Position numbers and translations under genes: made by a program
Notes under the pieces: model-generated
The model's input: only the letters and a program-made list of their open reading frames with translations
Database searches by the model: none
What the model was told of the DNA's origin: nothing
In this document: positions 1-9,580 of the stretch, in pieces
Position numbering within the stretch: the first letter of the stretch is position 1
Layout of the letters: every line of letters starts with the position of its first letter
DNA from: Chlorobium sp.
GTDB taxonomy: Bacteria > Bacteroidota > Chlorobiia > Chlorobiales > Chlorobiaceae
DNA: 64,000 nucleotides
Direction of reading: 5' to 3'
Assembly (NCBI GenBank): GCA_028281345.1
Contig: JANQKB010000051.1
Coordinates: forward strand, 7,276 to 71,275

Positions 1-711
1 AATACCAAAACCCTTCAGAGAGTGGGTTTTAAAATGCTTTGCTATCACCTGCGAGGCATTCTCTTCGCTGAACATCCAGTCATCCAGAACGCTTACCACT
101 GCTTCTGACGGCAGTACCCTGCTGATGGTTTCTCTGTATTCTTTGTCCCTCGAAGAAATCAGAATCTCCGAAGGCTGAATGGACTGCAGCATGTCTGCAA
201 CCTCATCGGGCTGCATATCCGAAATTCTGAATTCGGCGGTTGTCACATCGATAAAGGCGATACCTGCCCGACGCTCACGCCCCTTCTTCAGAAAACTTAA
301 CGCGCAAAGGTAGTTGTTGTGCTTATCTTCAAGTATCTCATCGCTGTACGTTACTCCCGGCGTCACAATATCGGTAATCTCGCGCTTGACAAGGCCCTTT
401 GCCTCCGAAGGATCTTCAACCTGGTCACAGACGGTAACCTTGAACCCCTTTTTTACAAGACGGGCAATGTAGCCTTCAGAAGCATGATGCGGAAAGCCTG
501 CCATAGGAATCTCGGCAGCAGCCCCGTTTGATCGGCGGGTCAATACAATATTGAGAGCCTCTGAAACCTTACGGGCATCATCGTAAAAGGATTCATAGAA
601 ATCCCCGACCCGAAAAAGCAGTACATATTCCGGATACCGTTCCTTCACCTCGAGATACTGTCGCATCATCGGCGTTTGACTGTCTTTTTTTTTGCCTCGG
701 GTCACCTTCAT
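1..711 (-). CDS. mutS: DNA mismatch repair protein MutS, N-terminal part (runs off the window edge)
   Basis: Manual minus-strand translation from the ATG at 711 gives [40 protein letters not shown], the MutS N-terminal signature. It is absent from the ORF track because its stop lies outside the window. Confidence 0.95.
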   Translation of the reverse strand, partial: MKVTRGKKKDSQTPMMRQYLEVKERYPEYVLLFRVGDFYESFYDDARKVSEALNIVLTRRSNGAAAEIPMAGFPHHASEGYIARLVKKGFKVTVCDQVEDPSEAKGLVKREITDIVTPGVTYSDEILEDKHNNYLCALSFLKKGRERRAGIAFIDVTTAEFRISDMQPDEVADMLQSIQPSEILISSRDKEYRETISRVLPSEAVVSVLDDWMFSEENASQVIAKHFKTHSLKGFGI

Positions 712-900
712 ATGTATTTGTTCATAAAACGGTTTTCAGGTAAATCAAGCTACTTCAGAGCGATAAAAAAAACAAGCCTGCCCACTCCCACCCCGACTGC
801 ACAGAACAACCGGCGTCGGCTTGAGGCCTGACCGCCTTGTTAGCCTTGTTTTTTCTATATTGTCCACCATTGAACCTCTACCATTATTCACATTGTTACC

Positions 901-1338
901 ATGGACTGGCACACCATACTCCGCTTCATTCACATCACATCTTTTGCCGCATGGTTCGGCACCGTGTTCACGTCGCTTTTCGTACTGAAAACACTTGAAC
1001 CGAAACTGACAGGATCAGCCACTGACACTGCAACCTATCCAGAGTTTCTGCAGTCCTTTATCAAACGTGAAACCAAAGTAGCCGATGCAGGTTTTAAAAC
1101 CGCAATTGCCTCAGGCCTGCTTCTTGCTTTCTTTTTTCATGGCTGGACCATCGGCGTACTGGTCAAATCAGGACTTATCATTCTTCAGGTCGTATTGACC
1201 ATGGGATACATTATCAAGGCCATACAACCTCTCACCTATCCCTGCACCCGGTCCGAGTATAAAAAATGGTACAATCTTTTCACGATCTCGCTATCGATGT
1301 TCGCCTTGGTACTTGGGATAACGTTCTTTCTGTTGTAA
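901..1338 (+). CDS. Hypothetical membrane protein (about 4 TM segments)
   Basis: 145-aa ORF with hydrophobic segments and an N-terminal 'FIHITSFAAWFG' helix. Confidence 0.7.
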   Translation: MDWHTILRFIHITSFAAWFGTVFTSLFVLKTLEPKLTGSATDTATYPEFLQSFIKRETKVADAGFKTAIASGLLLAFFFHGWTIGVLVKSGLIILQVVLTMGYIIKAIQPLTYPCTRSEYKKWYNLFTISLSMFALVLGITFFLL

Positions 1339-1403
1339 AAAATCAGGGGCCGCCATCGATATCAACAGTTCAACAATCACTATCGCAACAAGACATATTG
1401 CAT

Positions 1404-1432
1404 TTGAAATTATAGTTGCTTTGCTGTATATT
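1404..1432 (+). promoter_or_regulatory. Putative sigma70 promoter of rplU-rpmA
   Basis: TTGAAA, 17-bp spacer, then TATATT preceded by TG, 35 bp upstream of the rplU ATG. Confidence 0.55.
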
Positions 1433-1467
1433 GCCGGTCAACAATTCTTAACATAACATGAAACGTA

Positions 1468-1758
1468 ATGCAGGCACTGATAGAGATTTCAGACAAGCAA
1501 TATCTGGTCAAGGCAGGTGATAAGCTGTTCATTCCGCATCAGAACGCTGAAGTTGGCAATGTTATTGACCTTACGCCGTTGGCCCGGATCGATCAGGACA
1601 AGACATCAATGGAGCCTTCAGGAAATGTGCAATTGAAAGTACTTGAACATCTCAAAGACGACAAGGTTGTTGTTTTCAAGAAAAAACGAAGAAAACGTTA
1701 TCAGAAAAGAAACGGGCACCGTCAGTTGATGACTCAGGTTGAAGTTCTTTCGATGTGA
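1468..1758 (+). CDS. rplU: 50S ribosomal protein L21
   Basis: KQYLVKAGD and VVVFKKKRRKRYQKRNGHRQ motifs; adjacent to rpmA. Confidence 0.97.
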   Translation: MQALIEISDKQYLVKAGDKLFIPHQNAEVGNVIDLTPLARIDQDKTSMEPSGNVQLKVLEHLKDDKVVVFKKKRRKRYQKRNGHRQLMTQVEVLSM

Positions 1759-1797
1759 CGGCATTCATGATATTTTCAACATTAATCATTTCGACAT

Positions 1798-2052
1798 ATG
1801 GCTCATAAAAAAGGTGGCGGTTCAACAAAAAACGGCCGTGACAGTAACCCGAAATATCTGGGAGTAAAAGCATCAGGAGGTTCACTTGTCTCCGCGGGTT
1901 CAATTATCGTACGCCAGAGAGGCACGGTTTTCAAACCCGGTAATAACACGGGAATCGGCAGGGACCATACTATTTTTGCCCTTGTTGACGGTAAAGTCCA
2001 TTTCAGAAACGGACGAAACAACAAGAAACACATTGACATACTCCCCGCCTGA
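1798..2052 (+). CDS. rpmA: 50S ribosomal protein L27
   Basis: [16 protein letters not shown]...LGVK...IIVRQRGT signature. Confidence 0.99.
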   Translation: MAHKKGGGSTKNGRDSNPKYLGVKASGGSLVSAGSIIVRQRGTVFKPGNNTGIGRDHTIFALVDGKVHFRNGRNNKKHIDILPA

Positions 2053-2088
2053 CTGCTTGTCTCGAAAATAAATTAACCGTATATTTCT

Positions 2089-2120
2089 AAAGCCGACCGT
2101 AAAAGGCCGGCTTTTTTTTT
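2089..2120 (+). terminator. Rho-independent terminator after rpmA
   Basis: Stem aaagccgacc/ggccggcttt followed by a long T run. Confidence 0.8.
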
Positions 2121-2128
2121 GCTTCATA

Positions 2129-2272
2129 AAGGGACCTCTATTAAGTGTCGTGAGCGCCTTGAGTACAAGGCGGGCGGAGCGCAGAAACCGGAGTGTACAC
2201 AGAGTACATGAGGATTTCGAGCACCGGCCAACGAAGTAATCATGGTGCACAACAAATAAATGGAGGCGCCTT
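2129..2272 (+). repeat. ~144-bp MITE-like interspersed repeat, copy 1
   Basis: Shares the core gagcgccttgagtacaaggcg...gcagaaaccggagtgt...tacatgaggatttcgagcaccg..caacgaagtaatcatgg with copies at 12430, 14326 and 20770; imperfect terminal inverted repeats. Confidence 0.9.
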
Positions 2273-2274
2273 AA

Positions 2275-3282
<1,008 letters not shown>

Positions 3283-3301
3283 TACTGCAGCTTGTGTAGT
3301 G

Positions 3302-3391
3302 AAAAAATAAAAAGCGCCCCGAGAAATCAGGACGCTTTTTTTGTGGGCAGGTGTCCCCCATTACACCTGTCCAACCTCACGGGCGTGAGGC
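3302..3391 (-). ncRNA. Candidate small RNA (two hairpins plus terminator; Chlorobi-1-like architecture)
   Basis: Minus strand: hairpin CCUCAC/GUGAGG, hairpin CAGGUGU/ACACCUG, then AGCGUCCUG/CGGGGCGCU plus a U tract. This last stem pairs fully (with G-U pairs) only on the minus strand, where no credible CDS lies. Confidence 0.55.
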
Positions 3392-3653
3392 ATTTCGATA
3401 ATAAAGGATCAAACACCGTGCCAAACATCATAAAACAACGGTAAAAAGCCTTAAGCATCATAAAACAAAAGGGTTGAAAGGTTTTTCTCATGAAACAGTA
3501 TCTGCGTTCTCTGCCTAACAATCCATCTCATATTGATATTTCTTCTCATTTTGAAACCACATATGAAACAATAATCCCTCATTACGTCGCTGAACGTACC
3601 GAATTAAAAACCCTATATTCTCAGAAAACCACTTACAACAATCCCGACACACA

Positions 3654-4325
3654 ATGCGCATTCACGATCTCGATCCTGAAGAAAGACCGCGAGAACGTTT
3701 CCTTCGCTCAGGCGCATCAGCTCTGAGTTCGGCTGAACTGATAGCACTGATCTTAAAAACAGGAACCAAAGGAAAAAACATCCTGGAAGCATGTAACGAG
3801 TTGATGGGCCGTTACGGCCTTGAAAAGCTGGCCGATCTTTCGATGGGAGAGTTGCAGGAAAACGATGGGATAGGACCGGCAAAAGCAATGCAGATACAGG
3901 CTGTTTTTGAATTGCATAAACGTCTGCACTTCAGGCGCAATACCGGAAAAAAGATATCCTCAGCCAGGGGAGTCTTTGAGTATATGAGCGGGAGAATTCC
4001 TGACGAAACAAAAGAGCATCTGTTTTTGCTTCACCTGAATACAAAAAACCAGATCATACGCCACGACATTGTTTCGGTCGGAACGCTGAACGCCTCGCTG
4101 ATTCACCCGAGAGAAATCTTCAAACCGGCCATACGGGAAAGTGCCCATGCCGTTATCCTGGTACACAATCATCCGTCAGGAGATGTTGAACCGAGCAACG
4201 CAGACAAAAAGGTGACAAAACTACTCAAACAGGCTGGTTCAATACTCCAGATCGATCTCCTCGACCACGTGATAGTCGGAAGGGATAACTGGTTCAGCTT
4301 CAGGGAGCAATCATTGCTCGGATAG
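3654..4325 (+). CDS. radC: RadC family JAB-domain protein
   Basis: [39 protein letters not shown]...[12 protein letters not shown]. Confidence 0.95.
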   Translation: MRIHDLDPEERPRERFLRSGASALSSAELIALILKTGTKGKNILEACNELMGRYGLEKLADLSMGELQENDGIGPAKAMQIQAVFELHKRLHFRRNTGKKISSARGVFEYMSGRIPDETKEHLFLLHLNTKNQIIRHDIVSVGTLNASLIHPREIFKPAIRESAHAVILVHNHPSGDVEPSNADKKVTKLLKQAGSILQIDLLDHVIVGRDNWFSFREQSLLG

Positions 4326-4867
4326 CAGGAACAACATTTTTCCTACCTTCATATCCTGTGTTTTTCGAGAATTTACTTGATAATCTCACCATGTTTGGCG
4401 AAATTACGAAGTAAGCGACTTGTTTCAACCTGTTGTAAAAGACACGATACTCTGATCCGGTATTGTGCAGTATATCGTTTACCGTACATTCAGTATCTCC
4501 TTTGCGGCATGTTCTCGTTCCGAAGCCCAATAAACCGGTTGCAAGAGAATATGTTTTTAATGACCCGCAAAATGCTGGAATAAAAAGTCACAAACACCCC
4601 GACCCCCTTAAATCAGATAGATTAACGATTTTTTTTTCACTGTTTCTGATTGAGCCCTCATATGGGTTGAAAATCAAAAACCCGCAGCTTAGGCGGGGCG
4701 ATCCGATTAATCTTAGCCTTTATAAAAAGGAGGTGATAAAAGAGGTTCTACCACTGCAGAGAAGGCAAGCAGTAATGGCAGGCGATAAGAGGAGTACGAG
4801 CATGCTGAAGTTATTTACGTTGTGTTTCCAAGCTTAAATACTAAATGTGAACATTCAGGAGGAAAAC

Positions 4868-5845
4868 ATGAGCAACACCAAGAAGATGCAACAATTTCAG
4901 TACGACCCTAAGTATATAGTAAATTCAGCAGTTGGCAGTGAAAAAGATTTTTGCATGGGGTACCTTAACCCCAGCCCTTCAGGTAATGGTTATATTACCA
5001 CGATCAAGCTCTCCGTCGGATTAGTCAATATTCCACAGTCAGCAATAGGTGGCGTACCGTTTGACAAAGGTACGGCAGGAATCGTTTCCTATGACCGTTG
5101 CGAATGTAATGACGCCTATATCGGCGCAATCAATATGGTGACCGCATCATCCTTCAGCGGTCTGAATGGAGTAATATGGGGCTATGATCTGGCTCGTGCC
5201 GAGAACCTCCGGGATGTCCTTTTATACAAGCAGCCATGGCCTGATGGCTCGAAAACCCCTGTATACAGCATTCACCCTTTGCTTGATACAACCCAGAGAC
5301 TTTTCGGAATAGATTCCCAAAGGCGTTTTAACCCTTTACCGGGTTCCATGGTGGTTTGTGCAAATAAAAACGCCACCAACGACCCCAGTACCCAACCTTG
5401 CGGATGGGCCTGGTCTTTCATCGCCTTATCTATCCTGGAAGATCGCAACAGCGGCTCCAATCTTTTTATCGAAGACTGCGGTTTTATCGAGGGCAATCCC
5501 CCGTATAGCGAGGTAAAAAAAACCATGGATGAAACCCTGCACAAGGTCACTGAATGCGCAGTGCTCTGTGGAGTCGATCAGGACATAAAATACAAAGAAA
5601 CGTTTATCGGTTATAAGCTGGTAAAATTTGGCGATAACCAGGTAGGCTGTGCCCTTGCCTGCGCCCCTTACGTGACCCTGGCAAGGAATGCCATCACCGC
5701 CGGTAAAAACCCTTCGGACCTGACAGACATGACAATCAGCGAATGGGAACAATCGTTGGGTCTGGAACCCCTTCCTCAAATCTCCAAACTGGAGCAGGGC
5801 TTTCTCGGATCGGAAGGCTTTAACGAGCAATACGGGGTTTTGTAA
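4868..5845 (+). CDS. hdcA: Pyruvoyl-dependent histidine decarboxylase proenzyme
   Basis: SYDRCE, autocleavage site NMVTAS/SFSG, VCANK and LFIEDCG correspond to Lactobacillus HdcA Tyr62/Asp63, Ser81-Ser82, Lys155 and Glu197. AGGAGG RBS precedes the ATG at 4868. Confidence 0.85.
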   Translation: MSNTKKMQQFQYDPKYIVNSAVGSEKDFCMGYLNPSPSGNGYITTIKLSVGLVNIPQSAIGGVPFDKGTAGIVSYDRCECNDAYIGAINMVTASSFSGLNGVIWGYDLARAENLRDVLLYKQPWPDGSKTPVYSIHPLLDTTQRLFGIDSQRRFNPLPGSMVVCANKNATNDPSTQPCGWAWSFIALSILEDRNSGSNLFIEDCGFIEGNPPYSEVKKTMDETLHKVTECAVLCGVDQDIKYKETFIGYKLVKFGDNQVGCALACAPYVTLARNAITAGKNPSDLTDMTISEWEQSLGLEPLPQISKLEQGFLGSEGFNEQYGVL

Positions 5846-5877
5846 AGATCCCTTGAACAGTAAAGATACCCCCCCGC

Positions 5878-5917
5878 TTCCCGTACCGGTTCGGCGTTTG
5901 CCGAACCGGTACGGGAA
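5878..5917. other. Perfect 18-bp inverted repeat (hairpin) between hdcA and the peptidase gene
   Basis: ttcccgtaccggttcggc-gttt-gccgaaccggtacgggaa; no U tract on either side. Confidence 0.9.
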
Positions 5918-5948
5918 CTAACGTTAATATCGTGAAAAGGAGGAGACG

Positions 5949-7640
5949 ATGTCCCGGATTATAACAGAAATAATTAACCTTTGGTCGGATCTCAATCCTG
6001 TCGCCGGCTATACCAGCGGTCATCTAAAGGAGTTAAAAACTTTATTTATCCAAACCCCAGGCAATGCCGAAAACATGCGGGCACGCATTGACAACCTGCA
6101 AAAAAGAATTGACGAAATAAAAGACAATATGTTAAAAGCTACGGCCGATGCCGTGTTGGTAGCTCTCAAGACACAGCTGGATATGGCTCGTCCCAGTGGA
6201 GCAGGTCCCTCTGGAACAGGTATGGGAGGCGTTTATGCAGCCGCAGACGGTATTTTTTATATCGTTCTCAAGCAAAACTATCAAGCTGATTTTGTTCCCC
6301 AATATCTGGAAGCTGTAGAAGAAATGGTGCAGTTTGAAACACAAAAATGGCAGTACCAGGAATTTTCCATATTGGTACGTAAAGAGTGTCTGAACACTGT
6401 CAATTATATGAACGGAACGCTGGAGTCACTGTTAAAAGTACGATCCGACCAAAGCACTAAAAAACAAGTGAAAGAAATCCGGCAATCACTTGAAGAGTAT
6501 AAAAACCTTTTTTACATCAAAGGCCTTGACTCTGACCAATTTAAAACCTATTGGCCGATATTCCGGAAATGGGATGAGATAACCGGCCCCCAGGTTACTC
6601 CCGGTTACCCGGCAAGCTTACAAAATTACTATTGTCTGACACAGAGCGCTGACGAGATCAAGACCATGGCACACAGCTGGCTGCAGCAGGACTTACCGGT
6701 AACGATCCACATCGCCGAGAGAATCACGGCCCTGCCTTTTGTGAAATGCGAAGGCAACCTTCAGGAAATCTGGGACAAAGTAAGCAACCATTACAAAGTG
6801 GATTTCGATCAAAAATTGATAGAAGAAGTCAAGAACAGATGTGTTGCATTCGGAGCCCAGTATATCATTAAACCTCCTCCCGGAGACAAGGTAAAATTCG
6901 ATCCTACTCCGGGTTACCTGGTCAACCTCGTGACAGGAGGAGAAGATTTCGCCGTTAATTACCTGGAAGGCAAGAATGCCTACTCCCAACTTTATTTAAC
7001 TGCGTCCAAAAATACGTCATTATTGACCATGATCAATATTTTGGTGCATGAGGCATCCCACGGATATAACTTCGTATTATCGGCAGAACATGCCCAAAAA
7101 TTGCTCAATCTCAACACTTCCCTGGAAGTACCTATGACCGAAGGCATGGCCTTTTATCGGGAATATCAATATTGGGCCGCTGCCCAGGATTTATTGGGAC
7201 AAGACAACTTGACCGACGTTCAAAAAGAGTACCTGGAACTCTATGGCAATAACCCCGAAGAGCAGGAACAAGGCGTGCTTTGTGCACAGCTGGAAACGTA
7301 CATCTGGCGCATCATTCGCTACATAAGAGCCCTTTGCGACGTCAATGTAAACGGAGGCAAAATGACATATACCGATTTCATTGCCTGGGCTGCTTCTGCA
7401 ACCGGATTATCCGAAGAAACCCTGCATGGTGAATGTTTTACCCTGCTTGCATCACCCGGTTATGCCCCCTGTTACGCAGTAGGTGGAGCGACCTATGCCA
7501 TGATGCAGAAAAAAGGGATTAACAAAACGAGCGATAGAGTATCGGAAATAGACTTCAACACCTTTGCTTCGGAGCAGGGTTTTTATGCCTGGCCGATCGC
7601 CGTTGAATTAATGAACGGCTATGTGTCCACAAAACAATGA
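5949..7640 (+). CDS. DUF885-like HExxH metallopeptidase
   Basis: HEASH, downstream TEGMAFYRE (cf. EGWALYAE) and PGYAPCYAVG (cf. PGQA..Y..G); AGGAGG RBS. Confidence 0.7.
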   Translation: MSRIITEIINLWSDLNPVAGYTSGHLKELKTLFIQTPGNAENMRARIDNLQKRIDEIKDNMLKATADAVLVALKTQLDMARPSGAGPSGTGMGGVYAAADGIFYIVLKQNYQADFVPQYLEAVEEMVQFETQKWQYQEFSILVRKECLNTVNYMNGTLESLLKVRSDQSTKKQVKEIRQSLEEYKNLFYIKGLDSDQFKTYWPIFRKWDEITGPQVTPGYPASLQNYYCLTQSADEIKTMAHSWLQQDLPVTIHIAERITALPFVKCEGNLQEIWDKVSNHYKVDFDQKLIEEVKNRCVAFGAQYIIKPPPGDKVKFDPTPGYLVNLVTGGEDFAVNYLEGKNAYSQLYLTASKNTSLLTMINILVHEASHGYNFVLSAEHAQKLLNLNTSLEVPMTEGMAFYREYQYWAAAQDLLGQDNLTDVQKEYLELYGNNPEEQEQGVLCAQLETYIWRIIRYIRALCDVNVNGGKMTYTDFIAWAASATGLSEETLHGECFTLLASPGYAPCYAVGGATYAMMQKKGINKTSDRVSEIDFNTFASEQGFYAWPIAVELMNGYVSTKQ

Positions 7641-8947
7641 GAGGAAAAATCATGAAGGCACAAAAAGACGATGCCCGTCTACCTGAATGTGAAACCGGTG
7701 AAGTAACGAAACTTCCTGGCTATGGCACAGTAAAGGAAAAACAACTGTCGGGGTACCTGCCAGTTACGGACAAAAATGATGCGTTTATCTATTTCTGGTT
7801 TTTCGAATCCCAGGGGAACCCCGATAAAGACCCTATTGTCCTCTGGCTCAACGGCGGACCCGGCTCCTCCAGTTTCATCGGATTATTCGCAGAAAACGGT
7901 CCTTACAAAATCCAAAGAGACAGGCTTTATGTGGATAACTATTATCTCGTGGACAATCCATACAGTTGGAACAAGAATGCCAGCTACTTAATGATCGATC
8001 AGCCTGCCGGGGCCGGCCTGTCCTATGTAACGGACCCGAAAGAATCGGCCAGAACCGAGCAAGAAGCTACCGACCAACTTTACAGGGGCTTACAGTGTTT
8101 TTTCGATCGCTGGCCGGCATACAGGAAACTGGACTTTTATATATTCGGTGAATCCTTTGCCAGGGTGTACATCCCGATGCTGGCAACCGCCATATTGGAC
8201 GAGAACCTGAAAGATCAACCCTACATCAACCTCACAGGAATCGGTGTCGGCGACGGCTTTGTCCATCCCTATATCCAGGAATCGACATACGGGGATTATG
8301 CCTATGCCCACGGTCTTATAGGGTTGAACGAAAAAAAGGAAGCCGATAAACTGTACAGGAAATGTGCTCGGGCCATCAAGCGGTCACAGCCCGTTACCTC
8401 GCGAAGGGCCGACAAAATATGCAACAAAATCGAAGAGTACATTTCAAAGGTAAGCGGTGGTGCAAACGTATATGATGTGCGCCTCATCGGCGATTACAAT
8501 TTCGACATTATCGGCGGGTACCTGGATCAACCTGCGGTTCGCAAAGCCCTGCATGTTTCACCTCACGCCAAGGCCTGGAAAGATACATCCAAACGAATTG
8601 CTTATTTGCTGGAACGTGGGGAACAAAATTCCTATGCCGATTTATATCCGCGGCTGTTTGAATCGTTACCGGTACTTATTTATAACGGTATATATGATAT
8701 GGACTGTAATTTCATGGGAACCGATGCCTGGATAAAAGCACTGGACTGGTCCTACAAAAAACAGTTTTTAGAGCAAGAACGTCTACCATGGTTCAACGAA
8801 GGACAATTGGCAGGCCATATCCGCTCCTACAACAACCTGACACAGGTGTTGGTAGCCGGCGCCGGGCACTTGGTTCCGCTGGATCAACCGAAACATGCCT
8901 TGGCGTTATTGAATAACTTTACACAAAAAAAGCCACCCACCCTGTGA
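7637..8947 (+). CDS. Serine carboxypeptidase, family S10
   Basis: SGYL, YFWFFES, PIVLWLNGGPGSSS, NASYLMIDQPAGAGLSY, GESFA (Ser), YDMDC (Asp), AGHLVP (His). ATGA overlap with the upstream gene; no signal peptide. Confidence 0.9.
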   Translation: MRGKIMKAQKDDARLPECETGEVTKLPGYGTVKEKQLSGYLPVTDKNDAFIYFWFFESQGNPDKDPIVLWLNGGPGSSSFIGLFAENGPYKIQRDRLYVDNYYLVDNPYSWNKNASYLMIDQPAGAGLSYVTDPKESARTEQEATDQLYRGLQCFFDRWPAYRKLDFYIFGESFARVYIPMLATAILDENLKDQPYINLTGIGVGDGFVHPYIQESTYGDYAYAHGLIGLNEKKEADKLYRKCARAIKRSQPVTSRRADKICNKIEEYISKVSGGANVYDVRLIGDYNFDIIGGYLDQPAVRKALHVSPHAKAWKDTSKRIAYLLERGEQNSYADLYPRLFESLPVLIYNGIYDMDCNFMGTDAWIKALDWSYKKQFLEQERLPWFNEGQLAGHIRSYNNLTQVLVAGAGHLVPLDQPKHALALLNNFTQKKPPTL

Positions 8948-9091
8948 CGTTGAGCCAAGCAACGCGGACAAGCAGATAACATCCATCCTAAACAGACCGG
9001 TTCAATCATCCAGATCGATCTCCTCGACCACGTGATAGCCGGAAGGGATAACTGGTTCAGCTTCAGGGGACATTCAATGCCGGGCTCATAG
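8946..9091 (+). pseudogene. Duplicated, diverged radC 3' end (~48 codons, one frameshift)
   Basis: Translates as [15 protein letters not shown](k)[32 protein letters not shown], versus intact Rad[48 protein letters not shown]. Confidence 0.9.
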
Positions 9092-9108
9092 CAGCGAGAA
9101 AAATCGCA

Positions 9109-9396
9109 TCATTGACCTGTGACGCTCTCACCTTGCTGAACAAAAGCCTGAGGGTGAACGGAAGGCTGAACAGGTGTTTCGCTCTGGCAAATTTCACAGA
9201 CATTTTTCGCCTGCAGGCCTTTTTGAGTCTGGTCAATTTCAAACTCTACCTCAGCATCCTGGTTCAAAACCTTGAAGCTCTGGTCGGAAATGATGGCTGA
9301 AAAATGGACAAAAATATCTTCGCCTCCATCCGGGTTGACAATAAAGCCATAACCCTTCTTGCCATCAAACCACTTGACTTTACTTTTCCTTTGCAT
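9109..9396 (-). CDS. Cold-shock domain protein with C-terminal extension
   Basis: [29 protein letters not shown]...KGLQAKNV. The ATG at 9396 is preferred. Confidence 0.93.
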   Translation of the reverse strand: MQRKSKVKWFDGKKGYGFIVNPDGGEDIFVHFSAIISDQSFKVLNQDAEVEFEIDQTQKGLQAKNVCEICQSETPVQPSVHPQAFVQQGESVTGQ

Positions 9397-9580
9397 GATC
9401 AAAACTGGGGGTTTATCCTTAAAGGTAGATGCAGTTGTATAACTGCATCGCGGGAGTGCTATACAGAAGAAATATAGGTTAATTATCAAGACGCAACAAC
9501 ATTTTGAGCATTTTTTTCGAAGTTAATACAGCGATTTCTTGACACAGGACGGCTATCACAACCATTTTAAGTCCCTTTTT

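Larger units (their letters stand above)
4246..9091. mobile_element. Accessory islet inserted at the radC 3' end (no integrase inside)
   Basis: 4246-4305 and 9009-9068 match over 60 bp with one mismatch, and weaker homology extends over 8946-9091. Three accessory genes lie between the repeats. Confidence 0.75.
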
